Origin: Heteronotia binoei
Taxonomy: Eukaryota
NCBI RefSeq assembly: GCF_032191835.1
Contig: NC_083239.1
Span: 31,000,001-31,064,000 of the forward strand
Reading direction: 5' to 3'
Length of the DNA: 64,000 nt
The notes below the pieces were generated by a model that saw only the letters and a program-made list of their open reading frames with translations, did no database searches and had not been told where the DNA came from. Below, piece after piece: positions 12,332-24,133 of the stretch; position 1 is the stretch's first letter, and each line of letters starts with the position of its first letter. A program made the translations under genes and the position numbers.

Positions 12332-13324
12332 CTGTGAACACCAGAATTAGAAACATACTGTCAGTACTGCAAGTGTAGTAACATGGATCTTACTTCTCAG
12401 ACTGGATAAGAAGGAATTCAGTCTTTGACCTTGACCTAATTTTTATTTCTGTACAGCCTGCTTTTCTCACTGGTACTCAAGGCAGATCACACGATATAAA
12501 ACAATCCAGCGACATCTAACAAACAACACGTGTTAAAAAAATTAGAAACAGCGCAAAGAACTATCAGATATGATATGTCATGAGCAATGCAAAGGAGAAT
12601 GGAATTATACAAGTAGAAAGTAATACAGTAACAGCAATAATAGATACAATAAGCAATGGAGTAGCCTACACACATAACATTGTAATTAGGAGCTCCTTTT
12701 TTTGCAGATTGCCTACTTCCTCCGTACATCATCGAGCCATGCCAAGCCTTTGGATCAGATGCCAGATTGCTTTCTTGATCCAAGAGGGTCAAAACTGCCA
12801 ACATACACAGCTGGATGCCAAGATCCAGATGCATGGAACCTTCAGTCCACTCTAACCCATGTCCATCCACATAGCCACTGCAGTTTAAACACCTTAACCA
12901 AGGTTTAAGATTGTTACTCTGGCTGTCAGTTTGCTTCTGTGTTCAATGCAAGGTGCTGGCACTAGCCTTTAAAGCCCTTTACCACCTGGAACCTACCCAT
13001 ATGTTCCTATGATACAGCTCCCAATATCGGACCAGGGACTGTTGACACTTTCTCAACTCAAGAACTGTCCCTGTTCAGGCTCTAGTTTTTCCCCAGTGAT
13101 TTTGGTTTTACAGAACAGGCTTTTTGAGGACATGAGGCTGCAGAGGCTTTGAACGGGGTCTGTAAGACAGCACTTTTACAGGTGGTCAATGGTTTGCATA
13201 AGTCTTGTTACTGGGATTTCATTTATGTAAAATGTGATTTTCCCCCTGGTTCTAGGCAGCAATCCAAATGACACTTTCCTGAGAATATGACCCATTGAAT
13301 TCAATGGAACTTACTTTTAGGCTG

Positions 13325-13871
13325 TAGAAAAGAGCAAGAGTCTAGTAGCTCCTTAAAGACTAATAAACTTGTGGCAGGTATGAGCTTTTGTGAGCCACTG
13401 CTCACTTCTTCAAATAGTTATCTGAATTGCCTACGATACATAGTTATCTGAAGAAGTGAGCTGTGGCTCACAAAGGCTCATAAAAAGTAAAGGCCCTGTG
13501 CAAGCACCAGTCGTTTCTGACTCTGGGATGACGTCGCATCACAACATTTTCGCAGCAGACTTTTTATGGGGTTGTTTGCCATTGCCTTCCCCAGTCATCT
13601 ACACTTCCCCCCCAGCAAGCTGGGTACTCATTTTACCGACCTCGGAAGGATGGAAGGCTGAGTCAACCTCGAGCTGGCTACCTGAACCCGCTGGGATCGA
13701 ACTCAAGTTGTGAGTAGAGAGTTTGACTGCAGTATTGCAACTTTACCACTCTGCGCCATGGGGCTCTTACAAAGGCTCATACACTGCCACAAAAGTGGTT
13801 AGTCGTTAAGATGCTACTGGACTCTTGCTCTTTTCTGCTGCTGTAGACAAACACAGCTACCCATCTTGATC
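13325..13871. mobile_element. PLE pLTR foldback element with two degenerate hammerhead motifs, interrupted by a Sauria SINE
   Basis: Inverted arms aagagcaagagtctagtagc / gctactggactcttgctctt; ctgaagaagtgagctgtggctcac core at 13448. Confidence 0.75.
13483..13768 (-). mobile_element. Sauria-type SINE with 13-bp TSD (acaaaggctcata)
   Basis: aaagtaaagg tail complement and body typical of Sauria SINE; identical 13-mers at 13470-13482 and 13769-13781. Confidence 0.8.
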
Positions 13872-13896
13872 CTACTTCTAAGTAGACAGACTTAGT

Positions 13897-14440
13897 CTTA
13901 TTTATTTCTTTATTTTTAGATTTTTAGGCCGCCCTTTCCCATAGTGGGCTCAGGGAGGCTTCCAACATAATAAAGCAATCAAAAAAGTTTAAAACAATTA
14001 AAACAGTTAAAACAATTTAACATTAAAGCGATTAAGCCACCGCTCACATTAAGGCGGCATGGATGGTGTGGACAGATCAGTGCAGTCAGTGCAGGGGGGC
14101 CAGTTTAGATGGTAAGGACGTCCATCCGCCTCAGCCATAGGCCTGGCGGAACAGCTCCGTCTTACAGGCCCTTCGGAATGATAACAAATCCGGGAGGACC
14201 CAAACCTCTGTAGGGAGCTGATTCCACCAGGTCGGGGCCAGGACTGAAAACGCCCTGGCCCTGGTCAAGGCAAGCCGGACGTCCCTTGGGCCAGGGATGG
14301 TCAGAAAATGATGACTGGCTGATCGTAGTGACCTCCGGGGCTCATATAAGGAGAGACAGTCCCGCAGGTATGCCGGTCCCAGTCTGCGCAAGGCTTTAAA
14401 TGTCAGTACTAAAACCTTGAAGTGGATACGGTACTCGATT
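13897..14440 (-). mobile_element. L2 LINE 3' fragment
   Basis: IEYRIHFKVLVLTFKAL...GPAYLRDCL...RAFSV.APTWWNQLP...FRRACKTELF, the L2 ORF2 C-terminus, followed by an AT-rich tail. Confidence 0.85.
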
Positions 14441-15105
14441 GCTCTCTCAGTAATGTAAACTGCTTTGAATCTCACTGATCAGGAGAAAAGGTTATGAATA
14501 TTTAAAATAAATAAATTGCAGAGTCGGCTCTATGCACAGATGGCTTCTGGGTGCAATTCTAGCAATCTTCCAAGAAATGAGGTGCCCATCGCCCATTTCT
14601 AGGATATTGTCCATTCAGTGGCCAAGAATACGAGGCACTTTGCATAGAGGCAGAGCCTAGGCCGCATTTCCAACAAGCCATCCTGCGCTTGCCCCCTATT
14701 TCTCTTGATCCAGTCTCGTTTTTCTACTAGCAGCTACTTGGGGCTAAGGTGGGGCAAAACTAGATTCCACTACCCAAGCCAGGCATTTAGCAATCTTGCA
14801 CAGACTTGAAATATTTCTAGGGCGGCAGAGATACCATTTTGCCCACAGGCTCCATCTGCAGTAATAGTACCAGCATTAGCTAGGGCTGAGCGGAAGACAG
14901 ACCAGTTCTGTCTAAATTAGGAGGAAGACTGTCATCTAAAACGTGATTTGGGAAAACAGAAGGGTAGCAGGAAGCCAAGACTTCCAAGAGCACGATGGCA
15001 ATCTATACTAGTGGTTAACTTTGGAGATATTATTTTTAAAATTTGGTGGTGGTGGAAAGTCCCATCAAGTTGTAACCAACTTATGGCGAACTCATAGGGT
15101 TTTCA

Positions 15106-15277
15106 NNNNNNNNNNNNNNNNNNNNNNNNNNNNNNNNNNNNNNNNNNNNNNNNNNNNNNNNNNNNNNNNNNNNNNNNNNNNNNNNNNNNNNNNNNNNNNN
15201 NNNNNNNNNNNNNNNNNNNNNNNNNNNNNNNNNNNNNNNNNNNNNNNNNNNNNNNNNNNNNNNNNNNNNNNNNNNNN
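15106..15277. other. Assembly gap (172 N) inside a 5S-headed SINE
   Basis: Run of N; both flanks match the 5S-SINE family. Confidence 0.95.
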
Positions 15278-17054
15278 CCCTGCAACACTGGGCTAGTCTC
15301 AGCCATTCAGATCAGGGCAAGTCTGATTTCAATGCGACCCCAAAAGTACTTTTTCACATAGGAATGTCCCAAAGACGCACATTCTTCAGTCACCCATCTC
15401 TTCCTAAATACTAGTGGCTTAAACGGTGAGACAAAGTTCTCTTGCCTTGCTCTGTCCATAATGTGCAACCTCACTTTGCCTTAGTATTACGTGGAGGAAG
15501 GGAGAGAGGCTTAATTCTTCAATTTCTACTGAGTGTATTTATTCAAAACAGGACTGCCTGGCATATGTGTTTTTAAAGGGTGTGTCTTTTCACCTTTAAA
15601 ATGCCAACAGCAGAGGAAAGAGCCTAGTTTAATATGCAGTGTGGCTCTTTGTTTTTGATGTCTGAACAGAAGTCAACAGAGGTCACCAATTTAAAATTTC
15701 AACTAAACTCATGTATTAAAACAGAGAAATTGGAGGGAGGGATGGGCCTGTGAATTGCCTGCAATACATATCCCTGACCTGTATGCCAGGTGAAAAAACA
15801 AGTACTAAAGAGAATGTTCTATATAACATTGTCTTGTGGGATAGCCTCTTGCACCCAAAACAACAGTTGTGCTATTCCTAGGCCTATGGTTTCTGAGGAA
15901 ACCGCACACAATTTCAAGAGAGAAGGAAACTTGTCTCTGTGTTTTCCCAGCTAAGCCACCGGTGTCTCAAAAGAGGAGACTGCTGGAGATGGAGCTCATG
16001 TACCTTTAAAAACTGTGCAGAAGAGGGAAGTTCAACAGGTTCAAATGTCCACAGGCTGCAGGTTGACATGAAACAAAGCTGCACCTGCTGGATTTCCTCC
16101 TACATCATTATTAAAGACACAAAAGTCCTATCCTGCTGTTTGGTTATCATAAATATGGGCCATACCTTCCAGGCCCTGGATAGAAGCTGAGTTTAAGGAG
16201 GTGAAGCCACTTGAAAATTACTACATGAGAGGTAGTGGGACAAGCTTCCTCTAGATCTTGTCATCTCTGAACTAGCATCCCTACCCTAGGGGTCACCAAT
16301 CTTTTTTTAAAAATACAATCTACTTCTGACTGATGTAAAAATAAACTGAGCTACTCTCATCAGCCCCCTCCCCTGTATGTTTCCAAGTTTTTGTCTGTCC
16401 TAGAAACAGAACATCAGCAAAAGTGAAGCTATTGACTAAGCATTAAAGAGAAAAATCCTATAAAAGCTTAAAAAAAGAAGACTCTAGAGCAGATCTTCTC
16501 CTGATCTTTTCCTGGCTCTTCTAGGGGATGCACAAGTTCCACTGCAACAAGAGGTGAGCTACCAGTAGCCCATGAACTACCTGTTGAAGACCCTCATCTA
16601 TTATGTTTGTAGTCCTTCTTTCTCCCAAAGAGTTCAGGGTAGCATACATAATTCTCTCCCTTCCTTATTTTATCCGCACAACAACCTGGTGATTGGCCCA
16701 AAGTGACTCAGCAAGCTTCCATGGCAGAATAGGGGATTTGAACCCAAGCCTCCCCTATCCTAGTCACCACTGCAAGCACTACAACATGGTGGCTCTCCTC
16801 TGTATGTGTTTGAGAGAAATGTATTTCATTCATGCTCACAACTGCTGTGTCTATTACTGTTGCTTCCCATTGTGTAGACTCAACCCTGGCACTGAAAATT
16901 AGATCCCAGCCAAGTTGTCTTGTGACTCAGATAAAGGGTTGGATGTAGTTACTCCCAGCATAACTGTTGCAAAGATAGAAAGAACTGCTACTGTGGAAAT
17001 TCTCCCACCCATAAAAGGCAAAGGGAGTCTATCCCACCATAACTCTGTTTCAGG

Positions 17055-17245
17055 TGGGTGCCCTGTTAGTCTAGCAGAACAAAATCTGAGTTCAGGAGCA
17101 CTTTAAGAGACCAACAACATTTCCCAGGGTATAAGTTTTTATGGCTATCTGACAAAGTGAACTTTGATTCATGAAAGCTGATACTCTGAAAAACTTTGTT
17201 GGTCACTAGGGTGCTCCTGGACCAGATTTTATGATTCTCTTTTTG
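17055..17245. mobile_element. Short PLE pLTR foldback with a degenerate hammerhead (17146-17184, plus)
   Basis: Inverted arms around tat-ctgacaa-a-gtgaactttgattcat-gaaa-gctg-atac. Confidence 0.6.
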
Positions 17246-17799
17246 ACTAGAGAAGATTGCAAGATTCATATAAGATTAGGTTTTGTGATTGCATCAGGAC
17301 CCTCCTCTCGCAGTCAGTCTGCTTATTGGATGAAATCTCAGTTTGGGGCTTCTGATAAGCAGGTTGAGGGAACTGTGCTCATGCCCCCACCCCCAGTGAC
17401 TGTGGAGACTGTGGTCATGCAGCTTTTTTCTGAAGGCCATGAGCATACATTTGTGTGATCCTACAACTTAGGGAATGTGGGAAAGTAGCCTCTATTGTAG
17501 TTTTCCAGCATGGGAAAAATTTAACAAGGTACATGGCTGTGCTTTCCTTGATTAAAAACCTACTGGGAAAGCATATCTAGGACTGAGTAGATTCTCTAAT
17601 GTAATTTAGTCATTTCTCCACTGTGATATAATGAATAATTCTCTAATGTGATGTTACAAAAACAATTTATAATCATTATTATTATTATTACTGGGGAGGG
17701 GGAAATGGGGATTTTCAACCTTAGACATCAAAATGTCTTGGGTTGACAGAGCAATCCTAAGAGCACTTTCTTGGGAAGAATCCCTACTGAACAGAAATC

Positions 17800-18091
17800 T
17801 GAGGAGATGGAGAAGAAGAAGACTAGGAGACTGGATTTCTGCCCTGACCTTCACTTGGAGTCTCAAAGCAACTTACAATCTCCTTCCCTTCCTCCCCCCA
17901 CAATAAACATGCTGTGAAGTAAATGGGGCTGAGAGAACTGCTCTTGAGAGAACATATCTGAGAACATATCTGCTCTTGAGAGAACTGTGACTAATCCAAT
18001 GTTACCCCGCAGCTGCATGTGGAGGAGTGGAGAATCAAACACCGTTCTCCAGATTAGAGCCCACTGCTCTTAACCACTGCACCACACTAGC
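17800..18091 (-). mobile_element. MIR/CORE-like tRNA SINE (Squam3-like)
   Basis: Same family as the 32373 and 52806 copies. Confidence 0.6.
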
Positions 18092-19190
18092 TTAGACCTG
18101 CTTAGAATGGCAGCTTCAGCATCTTACTGAATCTGGCAAGCTTATTTGTTCCTCTTTGCTGCTGTTGCAGCTTCTTCTATTTGAAATGCAGAATTTGTAG
18201 ACAGAGTACCCAAGAGCCTGGGTACAAGATCAGCCTGTACAAGCAAATGTATACATAAAGTACAACTACTTTATGTATACATTTAACCTCCAATTAAACA
18301 GGTATCATTGGAGGTTATATGAAAAAAATGGCGCCAGAACATATTAGATTTTCAGTACAGAGGCTTTCAGTAATTTGTGAATGTGACATAATTATGGAAG
18401 AGGAAATTTTGACTTTTTAAAATACATCCTAAGAAAAGTTGGATTGGGGTAGTTCATACATGCCTGTTCAGTGAGAGTGATTTCAGTGCTGGACTTGGGA
18501 GACTATTTCCATATTTTCATTCAGTCAAGCAGTCAAGCAGCTTGATGGGTGATCTTGGGCCAGACTCTCTTTCAGTTCATCCTACCTTACAGGGGTGTTT
18601 GTAAGGCTAAAAAGGAGGAGAGCCACATATGCTGCCCTGAGCACCTTTGGGAAAGGGTGGAATTTTAAAAAGGTCATCATTCTTAATGGTGACAATAAGG
18701 TCAAGAGATGATAAGCAATTAAAGATTTATTGGGAAAGCATATCCAGGATTTAGTAGATTCTCTAATGTAAATTAGTCATTTTTCCCAATGTGATACCTC
18801 ACCTATCCCCCATTTTTTCACTCCACCTAGGCAATTGTCAGGGTTGATTCACACTTGCAGGGGAATTGGGGGGCAATGAGGCGAGGTAGCACAATGGATA
18901 GTACCCCTTCAGAGTGTAAGTACAGGATCAAAGAATGCTACCCTATGCTGGGGGAAAAACCCCTCTCTATAAATAGCAAACTAGCACAGCAAACAAAGTA
19001 GGACCTTTTGCCCTGCTGTTGTAATTTTCTAAATGCAGGGAGTTTTTTATATCAAGGAACATCCACAACTGGAACCTTCCCCTTATAGTCTCAAGCAGTG
19101 CAATACTCTTCTATTATTTCAGGTCTCTGCCACTTCATTCCCCCTGCATATGTGAATCAGGAAAGAGTGGAGAGTGAATAAAGTACTTAC

Positions 19191-19381
19191 TGGTGACACG
19201 ATTGAAAAGCCCATTGAGAGTGGCCCAGCGTGAGACTTCTGTCCCCTGAGCTGCCCGGACCCGTAGATTGTACGGCACAGTGGCCGAGATATCTTCTGTG
19301 ATGTCACACTGGGTGGCGCTGATATCAGTGCACTCTCCGATGGGGATCCAGCTGTCGTTTGCATAGTCCCTCTCATATTCT
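19191..19381 (-). CDS. IL20RB: IL20RB exon (EYERDYANDSWIPIGEC...CDITEDISATVPYNLRVRA)
   Basis: ccctcag/gtaagt boundaries, 191 nt, phase 2-1; matches human CDVTDDITATVPYNLRVRA. Confidence 0.96.
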
Positions 19382-19824
19382 CTGAGGGAAACAAAAAGGA
19401 ACGGTGGAAATGCCTCATTTTTTGCCCCATACATTTTTGTGTCTAGTAACAATCTGAACCAGTGTCCCATTCAACATAGTGTCCCTCAAGGAGCAAAAGT
19501 CTGCCGTCCAGACAAGATCCTGCAAAACAGGCCTTCCCCATAGGAGATGGATCACCTCTGCCTGTCCTAACCCATATGTCAATTGTGATCTTTGCACTAG
19601 TTTCTCATTTCCTCAGTAGACAACTGATCCTGTCACATGTGGACTGCATGCCAAGAGGGCCCATGACTTTTTGTTGGCTGAGGCATCAAATCAAAATGGC
19701 GACCCTCATATAATAAACAATGTAACTGATGACTAGGTGCCCTTTAATAGACTCATCCCGACCTAATGTTAGGCTACACCCATGTTGGTCAGTGCTATGT
19801 CCTCAGTTTTCCTTCTTTGGTGGA

Positions 19825-20001
19825 AAGTGCAGTCAAGTTGCAGCTCATGGCCCTGTAGGATTTTAAAGGCAAGAGAAGTACAGAGATGATTTGCTCTCAC
19901 TTGCCTCTACATAGCCACCCTGGACTTCATTGGAAGTTTCCCATCCAAGTATGAACCAGGGCCTAGCTTCCAAGATCTGATGAGACTGGGCTAGTCTGGG
20001 C
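19825..20001 (-). mobile_element. 5S-headed SINE
   Basis: cccatccaagtatgaaccagggcc...cttccaagatctgatgaga is complementary to 5S rRNA box A/C. Confidence 0.65.
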
Positions 20002-20591
20002 CAGTCTTCCTTCCTTAATAATGTTTTAATGCAGTTGGGTGTTTTCTGTGTGTTTTGACCCTTATCTATTTTTATGTGGTGCAAAACACTCTCTGTGTGT
20101 TCTAGAAGCAAATATTTGTGCAATATCTACACAAGATTTTCCTAGCAACACCTATGAAATTTGCGTTGCAACATGAACAAAGAGCTGTAGGGCACATGAG
20201 CCTGGCAGGGGATGAGGTTCCCTCCCACCTTCTCACACGGACTGGTTCATTGTCATGCCAATGATCTACGACCATATGTTCAAACTTGCATTGAATTTGC
20301 AAGACGCTTGGCGGGAGAGGCCTTTTTCCACACCAGATGGACTATCTCTGCCTGTACCAACTCATATGTCAACTGCAATCCTCACAGCAATTTATCCTCT
20401 CATTTCCTTATCCTCATGTTGGGGAGTGGGGTGGGTTCTGCCACTGGAATTTTAGGATTGTTGCCTCTGTACTGCAAAACAGACTGCCAGAGAGGGCTTG
20501 GAAAACACCACCTTTGATGTTCCTTAGCAAGGCTTGTGAGGGCTCAAAGGAGGTAAAGAGGGTCACATTCTCAATCCATAGCATGCAGATA

Positions 20592-21664
20592 GATCCAGGT
20601 GGGCAGCCGTGTTGGTCTGAAGCAATAGAACAAAGTTGGAGTCCAGAAGCACCTTTAAGACCAACAAAGTTTTATTCAGAATGTAAGCTTTCGAGTGCAT
20701 GCACACTTCATCAGACAATGAAATGAGGTACAGTGAACAGCATTACATATAGCTGGTGGGCAGTGATTAAGCATGCAAAATAGTACCAAGTCAGAGTCTA
20801 TGGCAAAATAGTACAATTAACAAACTGAAAGAACAACCAGTTTGGTTTAGATACCATTTGTTGTATTGGAAAACAGCAAAGTCAACAAACATGTCAGAAT
20901 TGAAGAGCGATGGTGAGAGTGTCACAGGCAATACATGCAGAATCTGTTAATTGCTCTATAGCTACTTAAGGATGGGTTAAACTGAGAACATGTTTTTCTC
21001 AGAGGTGTTCCTTTCCACCTAGTTATTTTTAAACATGTAGCATACATTATAAACATCATTTCAGTTTGCCAATACAAAAAAAGAATACATTAGAATATAG
21101 TGGAAGATGGGTTTAGTATATGTAATGAGATAAACAACCAATATCCCTTATTTAAGTTTGCCAATTAAAAAAAACCATTATTCTGATACACTATTATAAA
21201 AGAAAAATACATTGGAATAATGTGGATATATAGCTCTTAGCATATGTAATGAGATAAAAACCCAATATTCCTGTTTAGTCCCAGTGAGGTGTTTGTTTCA
21301 AGTTTCATAATAATTTGTAATTCAGCAATTTTCCTCTCCATTCCGATGGAGAGGGAAATTGCTGAATTACAAATTATTATGAAAGTCTTCAATTCTGAAT
21401 GTTTATTGACTTTGCTGTTTTCCAACACAATGAATGGTATCTAAACCAAACTGGTTCTTCTTTCAATTTGTTAATTATACTATTTTGGCATAGATTCTGA
21501 CTTGGTACTATTTTGCTTGCTTAATCACTGCCCACCAACTATATGTAACTCTGCTCACCGTACCCCATTTCATTTTCTAATAAAAGTGTGCATGCATACG
21601 AAAGCTTACATTCTGAATAAAACTTTGTTGGTCTTAAAAGTGCTACTGGACTCCAACTTTGTTC
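20592..21664 (-). mobile_element. Truncated PLE (Poseidon-like) with ~240-bp inverted pLTR arms (20617-20858 vs 21433-21664)
   Basis: Arms are reverse complements. The interior encodes RKIAELQIIMKLETNTSLGLNRNIGFLSHYIC*, a PLE GIY-YIG C-terminus, with a partial tandem second copy. Confidence 0.85.
20685..20714 (-). ncRNA. Minimal type I hammerhead motif (one stem II mismatch)
   Basis: CUGAUGA-A-GUGUGCAUGCACUC-GAAA-GCUU on the minus strand, sense to IL20RB. Confidence 0.65.
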
Positions 21665-22338
21665 CATAGGATGCATATTGTAGGCATGTGCAGCCTCATT
21701 TTGACCCAAGGGCTATGCAGCGAAGAGATAGAGTTTTAACCCTTCATGCTCCTCTCAGTTTTACTCTTTGCAACGGACTTCTACTATTAGCGTTTTAAAG
21801 GAAAACATAAGGCCAGGGTTTCAGATGGAGACACTGTGGAAGCTGAAGTTCCTTTCCCTTCTCTACATGCTCCAAAGTAAACTGAAGCTGTATGAATTTG
21901 CAGCTAGCATATTATGCCTGATCTTTGTCTTACCTCTTTGAGCCCTAAGACTATTCTTTTTCAACAGGTCTCTTCAGGGATATTTAAGGTAACTATGAAC
22001 TTTTTTTTTTTCTGCAAGCAATCAACATGTTGCAATGTAACTTGCTTTTGGAGTGTTTGAGAAGATTTCTATCATACTTTTTATGCTTTAATTGTGTTGC
22101 TCATCCTTGTGGGCATGTTTGTACACCTCCTTGCGCTAACGAAAACAGAGATGATTTTGCATAAATAAAAATGAGTATTTCCACATACAGAATTTTTAAA
22201 AAAGACCTTGCAATGGTTGTAATTCTACTTCACAGAATCTGTAGTTTGACTTTTAATCTGCTCCCATCCCTCAAACCATGGTTGGCCTAAAATTATCAAG
22301 TATTCAAAATGGGAGGCAAACTTTACGGGAAAAGTTAC

Positions 22339-22459
22339 CCTTGAAACTCGACGGAGTATTTTACAGCTTCTCCGGGCACTGTGAGCGGACTCCAAACCAG
22401 AAAATGCTTCATGTTTGTGGACAAGATTGTGATATTCTGAGGTGCTGGCAGTAGCATAC
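22339..22459 (-). CDS. IL20RB: IL20RB exon ((G)MLLPAPQNITILSTNMKHFLVWSP...YSVEFQG)
   Basis: caaag/gtaact boundaries, 121 nt, phase 1-2; matches human LPAPQNLSVLSTNMKHLLMWSP. Confidence 0.96.
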
Positions 22460-22759
22460 CTTTGTGAAGAAATGACCCAGAAACACACAATGAGAAAAAG
22501 ACAGTAGGTAAAAAGTTTGACTTGTTATAGAGGAGTCTAGGTGAGTTTAGTCAACTTGTCTAACGAGGGTTTAGAAATCTCCTTTAGATTTTCAATAAAA
22601 GATCAGGCAGGCATCTTTCAGAGATCCCAAATTTCAGCCACAAATTAAGCTTTTGGAATAAATTCCTGTACAAAAAAAAATGACTGGATGAAAGTTCCCA
22701 GGGCAACAGAACAACGTAGCACTTATAAAAGCGATTCACACTTGCAATATTGGAAAATT

Positions 22760-23160
22760 ACACAAAACTTATTTCAGCATAAGCTTTCATGAGTCAGGGC
22801 TTGCTTCTTCAGATGCAGGAAGTGGACAGCCACTGGGTATGATACAGCCAGGGGCAGTGGTAGGGAGCTGTTACAAAGAGAGAGCAATGTATAACAAGAT
22901 TCATCTAAAGGATACATCCGTTCATACAGAGTGGGTGTGAGACACAACCGCAAAGTAGGACCATCTGAAGTTTAATGAGGGATAAAATGAGATGGTGGTG
23001 GAAAGAGTTGAAATTTGGGTATGCAAGATGGACCATCTGAAATTTGGGACCCACAATTCCAGTTAAGCCATGTGAGTTGGGCTTTACAGTTTCTTGAATT
23101 TTTCAGTGAACTTCACTCTATGTAGAATTTTTGGTGTTCAAGCGTAACAACAAATATATT
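22760..23160 (-). mobile_element. Degenerate PLE 3' fragment with hammerhead remnant (22777-22816)
   Basis: GCAU-CUGAAGA-A-...-GAAA-GCUU-AUGC with stem I intact and stem II decayed; a KF...HGL remnant of the GIY-YIG C-terminus lies upstream. Confidence 0.6.
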
Positions 23161-23611
23161 CTAACAGCGATCTTTACAACATTCCTATAAGGTAGGCCAG
23201 TGCATTTATCTCCATATTATAGAGCTCCACACCAGAAAATACAGGCAATTGAGGCAGAGAGGGAGAGAAAAAGAGAAGCTTGCTTAATGTCAGTCAATGA
23301 ACTCAGAGCTGAGCTGAGATTTGACCTGGTGACCTCCCAGGTAACTCTACAGACACTCTGCTACAACAGGTGCCCAAGAGCCCAAGCCAGATTCCTGGAG
23401 CCTGCTCTACCAGTCATTAGGATGCTGGGGTTGCATCAGTGACTCAGGTACAGGAAGGCAAGATGGAGTCCTTGAGCAGTCTGTGCTGCTCCCCTGCTCC
23501 CCTCTACTTCCAACTTGTGTCCCACTTTCTTCTTGCTAGGAATAGGCAGGGGTTTGTCAGCATTCCTTCCCATGAGAAACCCTGCACAATAACCCACAAC
23601 AATCCGGCTAC

Positions 23612-23672
23612 CTTTGCAAAGGCAACTCTCTGTCATGATTAAGGAGATGCACCAGCCAGAATAGAGCAATAA
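23612..23672 (-). CDS. IL20RB: Probable IL20RB signal-peptide exon (LLLYSGWCISLIMTESCLCK-G)
   Basis: cctccag acceptor and aag/gtagcc donor, 61 nt, phase 0-1; bridges exon 1 to the 22459 exon in frame and is hydrophobic. Inferred, not homology-confirmed. Confidence 0.6.
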
Positions 23673-23898
23673 CTGGAGGTCTGGCCCTCTTATGGATATT
23701 CCAGGCCCCGCACCCCCCTTTCATTAATGTTTCTGTTTCGTGAAAAAGGGGGGAAAAGGTTAGAATGAGCCAGTGACTATTTCAAAGTTGCCCAGGAAAC
23801 TTCCCACCGGTCTAAAGGTCCCCTAGTAGTGGTGGAATGCTCTACCACACCCATTCCAGTCTGAAAGGGAGTTGGTGAGCTGGTGGCAGCCTTCAGGC

Positions 23899-24133
23899 TA
23901 GGGTTGCCAGGTCTCTCCTGGCTACTGGGGGGATGAGTGTTAGGGTTGCCAGATCCAGGTTGGGAAATTCCTAGAGATTTGGGGATGGAGCCTGGGGAGG
24001 ACAGGGACCTCAGTGGGATACAATCCCACCTTCCAAAGCATCCATCTTCTCCAGGAGAATTGATCTCTGTAGTCTGGAGATGAGCTGTAAATCAATGGGA
24101 TCCTCAGGTTCCACCAGGAGGCTGGCATCCCTA
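23899..24133. mobile_element. hAT-like MITE, TAGGGTTGCCA TIR
   Basis: tagggttgcca...tggcatcccta; imperfect 8-bp TSD cttcaggc/cttgaagc. Confidence 0.7.

Noticed and set aside
14500-14900. Possible old LINE coding remnant
   Set aside because: No frame gave a motif I could assign.
20685-22816. Intramolecular hammerhead heterodimer excising an IL20RB exon
   Set aside because: A dimer needs cross-paired stem I; GCAU and ACAU are not complementary, and both stems II are damaged.
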